Source: a virus
Reading direction: 5' to 3' (one strand)
IMG/VR virus record: IMGVR_UViG_3300028384_001071
Location: 1 to 64,000 of that record
Length of the DNA stretch: 64,000 nucleotides
A program made the translations under genes and the position numbers. A model generated the notes under the pieces. It made no database searches and had not been told where the DNA came from. It saw only the letters and a list, made by a program, of their open reading frames with translations. Shown here in pieces: positions 24,779-35,121 of this stretch (the stretch's first letter is position 1; the number at the start of each line of letters is the position of its first letter).

Positions 24779-26233
24779 ATGAGAAACATCGTCTTTGTTG
24801 CGGCATTCCTGATAGGATTTCCCAACGCAGTATTAGCACAGAATTTCATCTGCCCAGATGCAGAAGTAAGACAAGCCGCAGAGCAGTACCGGAAAACACT
24901 AGCCGTAAAGTGGCTAGGTAAGGAACTCCCTCAATGGTCGAGACCGTGCCCCATCCGGGTGATCCCCGCCCAGAAATCTGAAGGATCTACAAGATACACC
25001 ATCGGAAAGCGTCCCACTGGTAACGTCGTTTACGGATGGGATATGACAATCCGAGGCAGTCGGAAGCGGATGTTGGACTCGGTACTCCCTCACGAAGTGT
25101 TACACACAGTTTTGGCATCTCATTTCGCGGAGAAGCTACCACGCTGGTTCGATGAAGGTGCAGCCAGCACTGAGGAGCATCCAGAAGAGATCGCCAAGTT
25201 GAAGCGTAATCTTTTAAGTTACGCCAACAACAGGCAACTGATTCTGTTCAAGAACATCATCGGTGAACTTGAATACCGCAAAGACGCCGGACCGACGTAT
25301 GCTCAAGGGCGTGGAATGGTCCAGTTTTTGATCCATCACAAGTGTCATCGGGTTGTAGTCGATTTCATCGACACCGGACTGGAAGACGGATGGCCATTGG
25401 CTTTACGACAGCACTATGGCTACGAGTCAGTCCAGCAGTTTCAAAACCGATGGTCGTCGTGGTATCGGGCAGGTGAACCTATCCCACGTGAATCTGGTAA
25501 GCCTCAGCAATGGGACTGCACTGGGACTGGATGTCGAATTCCACGAGGACTACCTTGCGACGGCCGCTCATACATCTGGGACGGTCGTCGATGGCGTCCA
25601 CTGGATGTGCAATCACTACAACCACCTCCGACACAACAGCAGTGGACACCTTCGACTCAGCAACCGCCGATTCAGATGGAAGACTGGCCAGCACCGGCAC
25701 AACAGCCTCCGGTGCAGCAACCATCCGGATGCAACTGCAACATGGAAGCACTCATCAAGGAGATCCGGGAACTCCGGAAGCTCCTTGAATCGAAACAAGA
25801 CAACACCGCAGTTCTTCGGAAACTGAATCAAGCCACCACGATCCTTGCAGCACTGGAAGGCCGCAAGACTCAGCTTGACCTAACCCCTTTGACTGAGGCA
25901 TTGAAACATAACGCTGGCTTGTTGGTGGAGATTCAACGCTCCATCGCAAGTCAGCCACCGGCCAATGATAACTCGGATCTCAAAGAGTACCTAAGTCAAC
26001 ACACTCAGTTACTCACACAGATCACCCGCTCACTCGATGCACTGAGTCAGCGGGACAATTCCGATGTCATTGCCCGTATCGAAGCACAGAATCGTCTCAC
26101 ATTGAAATCAATTGAGACGAACAACACGAAGCTTCTTGGCCGACTATCCCAACTGGGAAGCCACCGGTGTTCCGAAGAGAGTCACCAAATGGCTTCTGAC
26201 TTATCCACTCTCTTCAATTTGATAGAGGAATGA
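24779..26233 (+). CDS. Secreted gluzincin (peptidase MA-like) with Pro/Gln linker and coiled-coil tail
   Basis: Signal peptide MRNIVFVAAFLIGFPNAVLA; LPHEVLH...PRWFDEGAA; GAGGT RBS. Confidence 0.8.
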   Translation: MRNIVFVAAFLIGFPNAVLAQNFICPDAEVRQAAEQYRKTLAVKWLGKELPQWSRPCPIRVIPAQKSEGSTRYTIGKRPTGNVVYGWDMTIRGSRKRMLDSVLPHEVLHTVLASHFAEKLPRWFDEGAASTEEHPEEIAKLKRNLLSYANNRQLILFKNIIGELEYRKDAGPTYAQGRGMVQFLIHHKCHRVVVDFIDTGLEDGWPLALRQHYGYESVQQFQNRWSSWYRAGEPIPRESGKPQQWDCTGTGCRIPRGLPCDGRSYIWDGRRWRPLDVQSLQPPPTQQQWTPSTQQPPIQMEDWPAPAQQPPVQQPSGCNCNMEALIKEIRELRKLLESKQDNTAVLRKLNQATTILAALEGRKTQLDLTPLTEALKHNAGLLVEIQRSIASQPPANDNSDLKEYLSQHTQLLTQITRSLDALSQRDNSDVIARIEAQNRLTLKSIETNNTKLLGRLSQLGSHRCSEESHQMASDLSTLFNLIEE

Positions 26234-26237
26234 CACA

Positions 26238-26513
26238 ATGCGTTTTGCTGTTGCAACCCCTGTAGCTACAAGCTATGATTCTGCGGCCCGTCTGGAAGAA
26301 ATCGGCAACTTGTCGGTCCAACAGGCTGTTGAGAACGCTGGCCGTCTGTCCGCCATGTTCGGCGTACGTGCCGCCCAAACGAACCCGATTGAGGCTCACG
26401 CCATCGGGGCTCTGAATCGATCCGCCGCTCCTGGCGACGGTCAGGCTGGTAGCCTTGCTACCGCTCTCGCTGCGATGATGATGAATATTGCCACTCGCAC
26501 GCCAACGTCCTAG
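26238..26513 (+). CDS. Ala-rich 91-aa protein, Reb-like, with capsid-type leader
   Basis: Paralog of 26557; NLSVQQAVEN...NPIEA. Confidence 0.7.
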   Translation: MRFAVATPVATSYDSAARLEEIGNLSVQQAVENAGRLSAMFGVRAAQTNPIEAHAIGALNRSAAPGDGQAGSLATALAAMMMNIATRTPTS

Positions 26514-26556
26514 AGTCTCGATGACGAGGCTCGTATCACCCTGAAGGAGTGATACT

Positions 26557-26832
26557 ATGAAGTTTGCAATCGCTACCTCGTTTGCGTCCAGCTTCGATGC
26601 CGCGACCCGCCTGGAAGAAATCGGCAACCTGTCGATCCAGAACGCGACTGAGAACGCTGGCCGTCTGTCAGCAATGATGGGTGTCCGAGCGGCACAAACG
26701 AATCCAATTGAAGCACACTCCATCGGCACTTTGAACCGCTCTGCGTCAGCCGGTGACGGTCAGGCTTCAGCACTCACAGCTGCACTTTCAGCTATGATGA
26801 TGAACACAGCTAACCGTACTCCTACGGCATAG
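26557..26832 (+). CDS. Ala-rich 91-aa protein, Reb-like, with capsid-type leader
   Basis: Paralog of 26238; AAGGAG RBS. Confidence 0.7.
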   Translation: MKFAIATSFASSFDAATRLEEIGNLSIQNATENAGRLSAMMGVRAAQTNPIEAHSIGTLNRSASAGDGQASALTAALSAMMMNTANRTPTA

Positions 26833-26836
26833 TTGA

Positions 26837-27532
26837 ATGACTGAACTGTCTTTGCAAGACTTGCAATCTCTGATGACAACCAACTCAGGCGACGGCCAAG
26901 ACGTCTTGAGTTGGACCAAAGAGATGCTTCAGGCAAAGTCAGCGATGGACCAAGCCATAGGAACCTTCCACAGCGTCTCTGATAAAGAGGTCGCGTTGAA
27001 GGCTTCCTATAAGGCTATGGGGTTAGATCCTAGAGATGCACCCACCTTCGGGTGGAACATGTCCGAACGGCCACGCCAGTCGGTCACTCAAGTCATCAAT
27101 AATCCGACCCCGCCACAACCCACGGCTTCGGAGCAGCAGCCGGAACGACCTACGCCATCTGATTCGTCAGATGGCGTGGTGTCATCACCGTCTGATGTTC
27201 AAGTCGAAGCTAACAAGCCAGTTCTTGAAGAACCAGCTCGTCCGGGTATTCCTTATTGGAAATCATCACTCGTGGGGCTAGCATCTGCTGCCGCCCTGTA
27301 TTTCGGAGTTAATGCGATAAATGGTCGCGATACAACACCGGTACAACAGGACATTCAGCCAGCAGTACCCACGCAGGTCCAAGCTGCAATGCCTAATACT
27401 GGACTCCAATCCTTAATCTGCGAAGAGTTAGATTCCGATCCCGACTTGAAAGCCGAGATCCAAGCTTCGCTAAAAGAGATCGCGAACAAGATCAAGAACC
27501 ACCGTACACTACGATTGGAGGGTGGCCCATGA
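26837..27532 (+). CDS. Membrane-anchored hypothetical protein
   Basis: Central TM segment SLVGLASAAALYFGV. Confidence 0.6.
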   Translation: MTELSLQDLQSLMTTNSGDGQDVLSWTKEMLQAKSAMDQAIGTFHSVSDKEVALKASYKAMGLDPRDAPTFGWNMSERPRQSVTQVINNPTPPQPTASEQQPERPTPSDSSDGVVSSPSDVQVEANKPVLEEPARPGIPYWKSSLVGLASAAALYFGVNAINGRDTTPVQQDIQPAVPTQVQAAMPNTGLQSLICEELDSDPDLKAEIQASLKEIANKIKNHRTLRLEGGP

Positions 27533-28218
27533 AACATCTAATCCGACAGTTGTTGTTGGACTTTCTCCGAACTCCGGGTCAACCCGGCCCAATATATGTA
27601 ATGAACAGAGGAGCAAACGGTACCATGCTACGATATTCAGTCCTCTTCCCACCAGTTGTGGATCGAGACACAGTCAGCCGTAAATTCACGTACTCTTACG
27701 TGAGTGACGAAGATGAGACGGTATCAGAAACCGTCGACATTCCGAAAGATCAACCTGATCTCCATTTCGATGTCCCTGAGCAAGTCGAGGTAACACTCGA
27801 ACTTCGCAACGTGGACAACGCGGGTAACCTCTCGACACCAGCCGTGTCAGTCTTTACCTCGCAGGATACTATCCCACCCGCCCAACCGGGCGACATGCGA
27901 GTTACACTCGTGGACGAAGTATTTTCCGATGGTGACAACGAAGGGGGTGATCAGGAATCTGATACTGGAGCGGATGATCCAGTTGGTGACGGTGATGGAA
28001 CATCGGAAGGCGACGACACAGTCGAAGGCGACGACGACGATGAAGTCGTAGTTGACGAAGGCGACGACACAGTCGAAGGCGACGACACAGTCGTAGCTGA
28101 TGAAGGCGACGACACAGTCGTAGCTGATGAAGGCGACGACACAGTCGTAGCCGACGGAGGCGACGATGAAGTCGAAAGCGACGATGAAGTCGAAGGTAAC
28201 GGCACTACCATCAGCTAA
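27529..28218 (+). CDS. FN3/Ig-like protein with acidic repeat tail
   Basis: VDNAGNLS...DTIPPAQPG; EGDDTVVAD repeats. Confidence 0.6.
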   Translation: MKHLIRQLLLDFLRTPGQPGPIYVMNRGANGTMLRYSVLFPPVVDRDTVSRKFTYSYVSDEDETVSETVDIPKDQPDLHFDVPEQVEVTLELRNVDNAGNLSTPAVSVFTSQDTIPPAQPGDMRVTLVDEVFSDGDNEGGDQESDTGADDPVGDGDGTSEGDDTVEGDDDDEVVVDEGDDTVEGDDTVVADEGDDTVVADEGDDTVVADGGDDEVESDDEVEGNGTTIS

Positions 28219-28242
28219 TCAATAACGCAGGAGCTTGACACC

Positions 28243-28794
28243 ATGTCAGATAATAAGTTCGAGAGATGCGAACCAGATGATCCACATCGGTGTCAAGCAT
28301 CCGGCAAGCATGGGCAATGCCCCTACAAGGCAATGGAGAAGCCCGATGGTTCGGGCTACTTCAACCACTGCCCAAGACACAATGCATCCAGAGTCAAGGA
28401 ATTTGAGAGGGCAAGCATGAGAAACTACCGCCTTGGCAAATTCCAAGCCCGCGTCGAGGAATTCGCCGATAATGATCAGGTGAAGTCACTCCGCGAGGAA
28501 GTAGGCATCACGCGAATGATGCTCGAAGAGACAGTGAATCAGTGTCAATCAAATACTGACTTCGTACTTGCATCTAACAAGATTAGCGATCTCGTAATGA
28601 AGATCGAGAAGCTTGTTGCAAGCTGTCACAAATTGGAACAATCAACGGGCTTCCTTTTGGACAAGGCATCAATCACACGCCTTGCTGACTCAATCATCGA
28701 GATCGTTTCTGAACGCGTCGACGAAGACGTGGCCCGAGACGTCGCAATGGCAATCATGGCTGAAATAGTCGGTGCCGATAACTCGGAGGAATAA
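28243..28794 (+). CDS. Probable terminase small subunit
   Basis: Cys/His N-terminus, SLREEVGITR helix, position upstream of TerL. Confidence 0.6.
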   Translation: MSDNKFERCEPDDPHRCQASGKHGQCPYKAMEKPDGSGYFNHCPRHNASRVKEFERASMRNYRLGKFQARVEEFADNDQVKSLREEVGITRMMLEETVNQCQSNTDFVLASNKISDLVMKIEKLVASCHKLEQSTGFLLDKASITRLADSIIEIVSERVDEDVARDVAMAIMAEIVGADNSEE

Positions 28795-28796
28795 GT

Positions 28797-29075
28797 ATGA
28801 TTCATCGTACAAGCGCAGCAGGCGAGGACATTAAGGTCATTCTCAATAATGGCCGAATGAATGATGTCGACTTCATCTATGTCAGCTTTGACTCCGCACC
28901 AAGCAATGCTGAGATTCGAATCAGTGAGGGTGATGATATCGTGTTCAGTGTTGATGTAAGACAGGTCGGCATCATCCCGATTGACCTGACGAAGTATTCG
29001 ACTCAGGAAGATGTGACGATCGAGGTTCTGAACTCTTCCGGCGTCGTCGCGAAGTTGAACGTCGTTACTCAGTAA
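28797..29075 (+). CDS. Hypothetical virion-associated protein
   Basis: GGAGG RBS; beta-rich. Confidence 0.55.
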   Translation: MIHRTSAAGEDIKVILNNGRMNDVDFIYVSFDSAPSNAEIRISEGDDIVFSVDVRQVGIIPIDLTKYSTQEDVTIEVLNSSGVVAKLNVVTQ

Positions 29076-30754
29076 TGGATCTGAAGAAGCTCTTCGCTGA
29101 GCGTATAGCAAACGGACTACAACGAGCGTCGATTACGTCGCCGTCGTTGTGGGCAGAGATGTACCGTGTCATGGGTGGTAAGTCATTCCCCGGAAAGTGG
29201 GGATTCAAATACCACCCGTGGTTACGGGATATGCATGACTCCACAGCCCAATTGAATTGCGGCCAGAAAGCCGCACAGATGGGTTATACAGAATGTATGT
29301 TGAATCTGGTGTTCTTCCATATGGACATCAACTCGACAGACTGCTTGTATGTTCTACCGTCGAAGACTCCCGACGCGACTGACTTCTCTGCCTCTCGATT
29401 CGATGCAGCGTTGGACCTCAGTCTACATCTGGAGAGAATGTTCTCCGATGTTAAGAACGTTGGCCACAAGAGAGCGGGAGCCGCTAACTTGTACATTCGT
29501 GGTGCTAACTCAAAGGCAGGTTTGAGATCAATCCCTGTTGGATTCATGGTCATCGACGAGATGTCCATTATGAATCAAGACAATGTGGCACTGGCACTCG
29601 AACGTGTTAGTGGTCAGTTGGAGAAGCAGGTGTGGATGATATCCACTCCAACCATCGACGACGAGAACATCAACAAGGAATTCAACAAATCAACTCAAGA
29701 GCATTTCTTCTTCAAATGTCCGAGATGCAGTCAATACGAGGAACTGACTTTTCCTGACTCGATCAAGATCATCGGTGAAGACCCGACTGATCCCCGACTA
29801 GGTGAATCACATCTGATCTGTAAGAATACTGGATTAGAACTCCCTCACATCGTATCCGACGATCCAAGAAAGAATGCCGACGCAAAGGCTGAGTGGTTGA
29901 GCGGTGCCATCTGGACTCCCTCTCACCCTGACCGTGACATGCGTGGATTCCTAATCCCGCAACTTTATTCAGTGACCGTTAAACCGGGTGATATCGCACT
30001 TTCTTACCTCAAAGGCCTGACAGATCCGGCCGACGAACAGGAATTCTTCAATTCGAAGTTAGGCGTAACACATGCCGTTGAAGGGTCACGAGTAACAGAC
30101 AAGGAAATAGCGGATGCCAAAGGTAGCCACTCTCGCAAGGACAAGATACCCCGCAACGCCATAACAACGATGGGCGTTGATGTAGGTAACAAGTGCAACT
30201 ATGAGATCTGCCAATGGTTCTTTCCGAAGGACTTTCGACCTGAACGCCCCTCGACCGCGAGGTGTAAGGTTCTCCGATTCGGAACAATTGAAGAAATGGG
30301 CATGTTGAATAAGTTCATGGCCCAATACAACATTGCGCATTGTATCATTGACTCTCAACCTGAACGCCGTGCCGCGATCGCCTTTGCATCGAGATGGCAT
30401 GGCCGTGTGAACTTGTGCTTCTATGCCAAAGGCATTAGTGGCAAGTCGATCAACGTCCCGAAAGATCATGCCGACTATCTGATCACAGTCGATAGAACAA
30501 GCTGGCTCGATGTGTCACTTGGACGGTTCCGTGACGGGACCATCAAGATACCTATCGATGTCGATTTCGAATATCGTGAGCAGATTAAGGCACCGCAACG
30601 TGTCTACTCGAAAGACAAGAACGGTAATCCTGTAGGTACTTACGAGAGTGGTTCGAAACCGGACCACTATGCTCATTCCCGTAACTACGCAGAGATCGCG
30701 ATGGCCTTTGTTTGTAATCGTGGTCGCTCTCAGAGCATGACTGGAGTATTGTAA
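29075..30754 (+). CDS. terL: Terminase large subunit (lambda GpA-like)
   Basis: QKAAQMGYTE Walker A, MVIDE Walker B, ISTPT, CPRC, MGVDVG nuclease, DHYAH. Confidence 0.9.
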   Translation: MDLKKLFAERIANGLQRASITSPSLWAEMYRVMGGKSFPGKWGFKYHPWLRDMHDSTAQLNCGQKAAQMGYTECMLNLVFFHMDINSTDCLYVLPSKTPDATDFSASRFDAALDLSLHLERMFSDVKNVGHKRAGAANLYIRGANSKAGLRSIPVGFMVIDEMSIMNQDNVALALERVSGQLEKQVWMISTPTIDDENINKEFNKSTQEHFFFKCPRCSQYEELTFPDSIKIIGEDPTDPRLGESHLICKNTGLELPHIVSDDPRKNADAKAEWLSGAIWTPSHPDRDMRGFLIPQLYSVTVKPGDIALSYLKGLTDPADEQEFFNSKLGVTHAVEGSRVTDKEIADAKGSHSRKDKIPRNAITTMGVDVGNKCNYEICQWFFPKDFRPERPSTARCKVLRFGTIEEMGMLNKFMAQYNIAHCIIDSQPERRAAIAFASRWHGRVNLCFYAKGISGKSINVPKDHADYLITVDRTSWLDVSLGRFRDGTIKIPIDVDFEYREQIKAPQRVYSKDKNGNPVGTYESGSKPDHYAHSRNYAEIAMAFVCNRGRSQSMTGVL

Positions 30755-32532
30755 TGCCAAAGACAACATTAACAGTCGATTCTCTGACGCATCCAGATTA
30801 TCTTGCCCGATTGAACGACTGGCAGAAATGGCGATACACCTACGAGGGTGGTCGCCCTTTCATCGACAAGTACCTGAAGCGATTCTCAAATCGAGAAGAT
30901 TATCAGGATTGGCTCGATCGCAAGTCTATCACATACTGCCCCGCATTCGCGAAGGCAGGGATCAATGAAGTCAATGACTCAATCTACCAGCGAATGGTGG
31001 ACATCACCCGAGTAGGTGGAAGTCAGGCTTACAACAACGCCATGCTCGGTCTTGAGAACGGGGTCGATCTACAAGGCAACTCGATGAACAGCTTCATCGG
31101 TCAGGAAGTCTTGCCTGAAATGCTGATGATGGGTAAGGTCGGCGTCTACGTTGACATGCCTGTACTACAAGGTCAGAGTCTTGCACACACTAAGGGTAAG
31201 CGTCCATACATTTACCTGTACAAGATCGAAGACATCCGAAACTGGGTTCTGGACGACAAGTCAGAAGATCAGTTCCAATCCATACTGCTCCGAGATCACT
31301 CTTTCGTCTTCGATGAAGAGACTGGGTTTCCAATATCAATTGAAGACCGGTACCGGCACCTGTGGAAGCAGGACGGTGTAGTCTGGGTTCAGATGTATAA
31401 CTCAGTCGGCAATAAGATGGAAGACCCAGTCATACTGAACATCCCGAAGATACCATTCGTACTCTTCGAACTCAGCGACTCGTTGCTGACAGATATTGCC
31501 GATTATCAGATTGCTCTGATGAATCTGGCATCATCAGATATCGCTTTCACACTGAAAGCTAACTTCCCATTCTACGTCGAACAATACGACGCACGTGCGG
31601 AAGGGTCACCATACATCCGAGGGTTCGAAGGCGAGCCTGAGTATGATGACGATGGCAATGAAGTCAGTGCTGGTGAAGGTGAACGTGCCGATGAGGCTCA
31701 AGAGAAGTCAATCAAGGTAGGTGCTTCAACCGGACGTCGTTATCCTAAGGATCTCGATGCACCGGCATTCATTCACCCTTCATCGGAACCGATGAAGGCA
31801 TCAATGGAGAAGCAAGAGCAACTCAAGCGTGAGATCCGTCTACTCCTGAATCTTGGACTATCAAATGTGAAGACTGTAGGTATGCAGTCAGCAGAGTCCA
31901 AGAAGGAAGACAATCGAGGTCTTGAGGCTGGCCTATCGAACATCGGAATGACATTGGAGAAAGGCGAACGTGAAATCGCCCACATCTGGTCGATGTACGA
32001 AGGTAACAAGACACCTGGCACTGTGAAGTATCCGGTCAACTACTCACTACGTAGTGAGGATGATCGGCGAGCAGAAGCCAAGGATCTCGAATCTCTGATG
32101 TCATCGATTCCTTCAGGTACATACCAGGAAGAGATCGGTAAGCAGATCACACGAGTCATGCTCGGACACTACGTCAGTCCAGAAACACTGGCCAAGATCG
32201 ATGACGAGATCATGGCAGCACCTAACATGGTTGCTGATCCTGCAATCGTCGCTCAAGATGTTGAGAACGGATTAGTCTGCCCCGAGACAGCTTCGATGTT
32301 ACGAGGCTATCCAGAGGACGAGGCTAAGAAGGCTGAGGAAGCACATGCGAAACGACTGGCTCGTATCGCGGCCGCTCAGAGTAACGTACCGACCGATGCC
32401 GTAGACGGTGCACGGGGCGTTCCCGATGCAGACGGCGATCCAAAGAAAACAGGTAAAGTTGAGAAAGAAGAGAGTCGAGACACTGACCAAGACGATGTTG
32501 TTTCTGACAAAACAAGGGGAGAAGGTAAATGA
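30754..32532 (+). CDS. Portal protein
   Basis: HPDY...W..WR..YEGG N-terminus, 592 aa, immediately after TerL. Confidence 0.85.
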   Translation: MPKTTLTVDSLTHPDYLARLNDWQKWRYTYEGGRPFIDKYLKRFSNREDYQDWLDRKSITYCPAFAKAGINEVNDSIYQRMVDITRVGGSQAYNNAMLGLENGVDLQGNSMNSFIGQEVLPEMLMMGKVGVYVDMPVLQGQSLAHTKGKRPYIYLYKIEDIRNWVLDDKSEDQFQSILLRDHSFVFDEETGFPISIEDRYRHLWKQDGVVWVQMYNSVGNKMEDPVILNIPKIPFVLFELSDSLLTDIADYQIALMNLASSDIAFTLKANFPFYVEQYDARAEGSPYIRGFEGEPEYDDDGNEVSAGEGERADEAQEKSIKVGASTGRRYPKDLDAPAFIHPSSEPMKASMEKQEQLKREIRLLLNLGLSNVKTVGMQSAESKKEDNRGLEAGLSNIGMTLEKGEREIAHIWSMYEGNKTPGTVKYPVNYSLRSEDDRRAEAKDLESLMSSIPSGTYQEEIGKQITRVMLGHYVSPETLAKIDDEIMAAPNMVADPAIVAQDVENGLVCPETASMLRGYPEDEAKKAEEAHAKRLARIAAAQSNVPTDAVDGARGVPDADGDPKKTGKVEKEESRDTDQDDVVSDKTRGEGK

Positions 32533-33104
32533 TCTCTGATCTAATTCTGCAACTAGATCTACAAGATCTTGCAGACGCCGGTAAGTATGATGAAGTTGCC
32601 GAAGCATTAAATGCGAAGACTATCGATGTGCGTGACAACAAGAGTTGGACGTTGTCTGAACTCGGCTCAGAATGCGGGGTCCGACTAGGTAGCGTCATGC
32701 AAGGTTACTTGGCACGTCGACTAGTCTCTGATTCGTTGCAAGGTGCGATCGAAGCTAAAGTAACAGGTTATTCTGAGTTGATCATGGCTCAGCATGCCCT
32801 TGCTACAAAAGGTCTTGATCTCAGCCCTCCCGATGTTCAAACGACACTCGATCAACTTGGTGAGACTTGGCCTGAAGCTATCCTTGACGTTGTGAAATCA
32901 CTGGGAGTCTCAACAATAAGTCCGGCAACACAAGCCGGCATCGAGGCAACAGAGATCACCGTCAAAGAAGGTTGGGAGGACTACCGCTTCCAGCAGAAAT
33001 TGACCAACGCCATAGCATTGGCCCGCAGCACAATGTCATCAGAATTATCCGATGAGGATGCGACATCAGTATGGAATGATGCGTGGATTAAAGTGAGAGG
33101 GTAA
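32529..33104 (+). CDS. Hypothetical structural-module protein
   Basis: ATGA coupling to the portal gene. Confidence 0.6.
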   Translation: MISDLILQLDLQDLADAGKYDEVAEALNAKTIDVRDNKSWTLSELGSECGVRLGSVMQGYLARRLVSDSLQGAIEAKVTGYSELIMAQHALATKGLDLSPPDVQTTLDQLGETWPEAILDVVKSLGVSTISPATQAGIEATEITVKEGWEDYRFQQKLTNAIALARSTMSSELSDEDATSVWNDAWIKVRG

Positions 33105-33107
33105 ATC

Positions 33108-33920
33108 ATGGCAGCTATTGACGACGCAATTGCAGCTTATATTGGAGCAACGCCTACCCCGGTTAATTATCCAGATAGTATTGGAGGTCAAGATGGGTCT
33201 TTTCAAGGTTTACTCTCAACCTACCCTGCACCATCTTGGGTATCAGATACTGATATAAACCGGGATGTACTGAATTTCTCTGATACGAGCAGTAGGGCGG
33301 GCAATGATATTGTCCCCGGTGTTGAGATTCTTGGACCGCCGCCCTTTGGCCATTCGGACTTCACTGTTGTGATTTGGATCAAACGATCTGCATTACAAAG
33401 TGGGAATCTCACTTTATTCTCAATGCAATATGCTGCAGGTTACAGTTCTAATGGTGTGAATTTTGAAATAGATACGGTAAGTCGACCTCGGGCTTATTTT
33501 CAAAGTAGTGTGGGTTCAGATTTACTATTCGCTTCAACACCAATTACTAGTAACACATGGGCAGCAGTAGGCCTTACATATACAAAATTAACATCTACCG
33601 CTGCCATATATGTAAACGGTACCGAAAGTGGATACTTTTCAGGGCAAGGGCCTTCTGATGTTGCCACAAATATCGGCCCAGACGCGGATGTGAGGGTGTT
33701 AACGGATGACTGGGAGCGACATCGATGGTATGTCGGGTGTGATGGGATGAACGCATCTGGATATAATGGAGGTACACAGCCTAATAATGACTCACGGCTC
33801 ATAGGTCCGGTTATATGGGACAGGGTATTAACCGGTTCTGAGCTAACTGAAATGAACACGATCCCCAGCGCTCCGTCCGCCCCAGCAAACGGATACTCTG
33901 CGTCAAGACTAGTCACTTAG
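33108..33920 (+). CDS. LamG/concanavalin-like domain virion protein
   Basis: FTVVIWIK, W.AVGLTY, IYVNG, IWDRVLT. Confidence 0.75.
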   Translation: MAAIDDAIAAYIGATPTPVNYPDSIGGQDGSFQGLLSTYPAPSWVSDTDINRDVLNFSDTSSRAGNDIVPGVEILGPPPFGHSDFTVVIWIKRSALQSGNLTLFSMQYAAGYSSNGVNFEIDTVSRPRAYFQSSVGSDLLFASTPITSNTWAAVGLTYTKLTSTAAIYVNGTESGYFSGQGPSDVATNIGPDADVRVLTDDWERHRWYVGCDGMNASGYNGGTQPNNDSRLIGPVIWDRVLTGSELTEMNTIPSAPSAPANGYSASRLVT

Positions 33921-33936
33921 GCTTGGAGAATTAAAT

Positions 33937-34386
33937 ATGAGACAAGTATTGAAAGGCACTGCCCGGAAGTTCAAGATCTACATGGCCGATGATTCTGATC
34001 CTACAGCGGGTAAGACCGGCCTAACAACATTCACAGTTTATCTCGCCAAAGACGGTACTGCCGAAGCGACCGTATCACCGACTATCGCTGAGCGAGGTCG
34101 AGGATGGTATGAAGTAACCCCTGCAACATCCCACCGGGATACTGAAGGTTACAATGCTTGGACCTTTGTAGCGTCAGGGGCCAAAGATGCCTTGTGGCTT
34201 GAAGAAGTTATCCCTGTAGATTTTCGAGATGCGGCAGGTTTGGGTCTCGCAGTTCTTCAGAACGAAGTCAGTGCCACTGACAATAGCGATGGTACTTTTG
34301 ACTTGGCATTTCGTAATGCTGCTGACGACGCCACATTACTAACAGTTCGAGTTACACCAGCAACTGGAGAGCGTGAGGTGCTGTAA
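33937..34386 (+). CDS. Virion protein
   Basis: GKTGLT...E.GRGWY motif typical of phage structural proteins. Confidence 0.6.
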   Translation: MRQVLKGTARKFKIYMADDSDPTAGKTGLTTFTVYLAKDGTAEATVSPTIAERGRGWYEVTPATSHRDTEGYNAWTFVASGAKDALWLEEVIPVDFRDAAGLGLAVLQNEVSATDNSDGTFDLAFRNAADDATLLTVRVTPATGEREVL

Positions 34387-35120
34387 TGACTGTAGGTTAT
34401 CTTGGTATTGGACCTGAGGGAAGTGTCCCGTATTCCGGGATAGGTCCAACATCAGGCGACCCGGGCGGGAATATAACCCAAACAACAGCATCAATAACTC
34501 AGTCGGCTTCCGGTAAAGTCGATGTCCAAGGTGACATTAGTCAGACATTACCAGCCACGAATCAATCGTTAGCTGGTGAAGTCGATGTCCAAGGTGACAT
34601 TAGTCAGACATTAGCCTCGACAACTCAGTCAGCATCTAGTTCGACTGAGAGTAATGGCGACATCGCTCAAACATTATCATCTGCGACTCAATCAGCCTCA
34701 GGCAAAGCCACTTTCATATCTAGCGGTGTCATCACTCAAACAACTTCTTCTACGACTCAGCAGTTATCAGGTGGGCCTGTCGAGTCTGGGGCGATAATCC
34801 AATCCACTCTAAGTGTTACTCAAAGTGGTAATGGTCAAGTAGTTGTTCAAGGTAATATCACTGGTACAGTCGGTGATATTAGTCAAGAATTAGTTCAAGG
34901 CCGCGTGGCCACCGGCACAATAACATCGACCGTAGCCGCCACAACTCAAGACCTTCGCGAATCTGTAGTTCAAGGTAGTATTACCTCAAGTGTACCTCGA
35001 ACTCAACAATTAGCATTAGTGTTGGGTAATGTTAAGATCCCTGTGTTAACAGTCTTCGCATCAATTTTGAGTAAATCTACAACTAGAGTTTCAAAGCCCA
35101 TAATAGTCAGGGAGCGTTGA
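34386..35120 (+). CDS. Thr/Ser/Gln repeat virion protein
   Basis: G[DN]IxQT repeats, shared with 49507-53700. Confidence 0.65.
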   Translation: MTVGYLGIGPEGSVPYSGIGPTSGDPGGNITQTTASITQSASGKVDVQGDISQTLPATNQSLAGEVDVQGDISQTLASTTQSASSSTESNGDIAQTLSSATQSASGKATFISSGVITQTTSSTTQQLSGGPVESGAIIQSTLSVTQSGNGQVVVQGNITGTVGDISQELVQGRVATGTITSTVAATTQDLRESVVQGSITSSVPRTQQLALVLGNVKIPVLTVFASILSKSTTRVSKPIIVRER

Positions 35121-35121
35121 A

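Noticed and set aside
26150-26233. Possible frameshift at the end of the peptidase gene (alternative frame EATGVPKRVTKWLLTYPLSSI)
   Set aside because: Both frames end sensibly before the next gene; this cannot be decided without reads or homologs.
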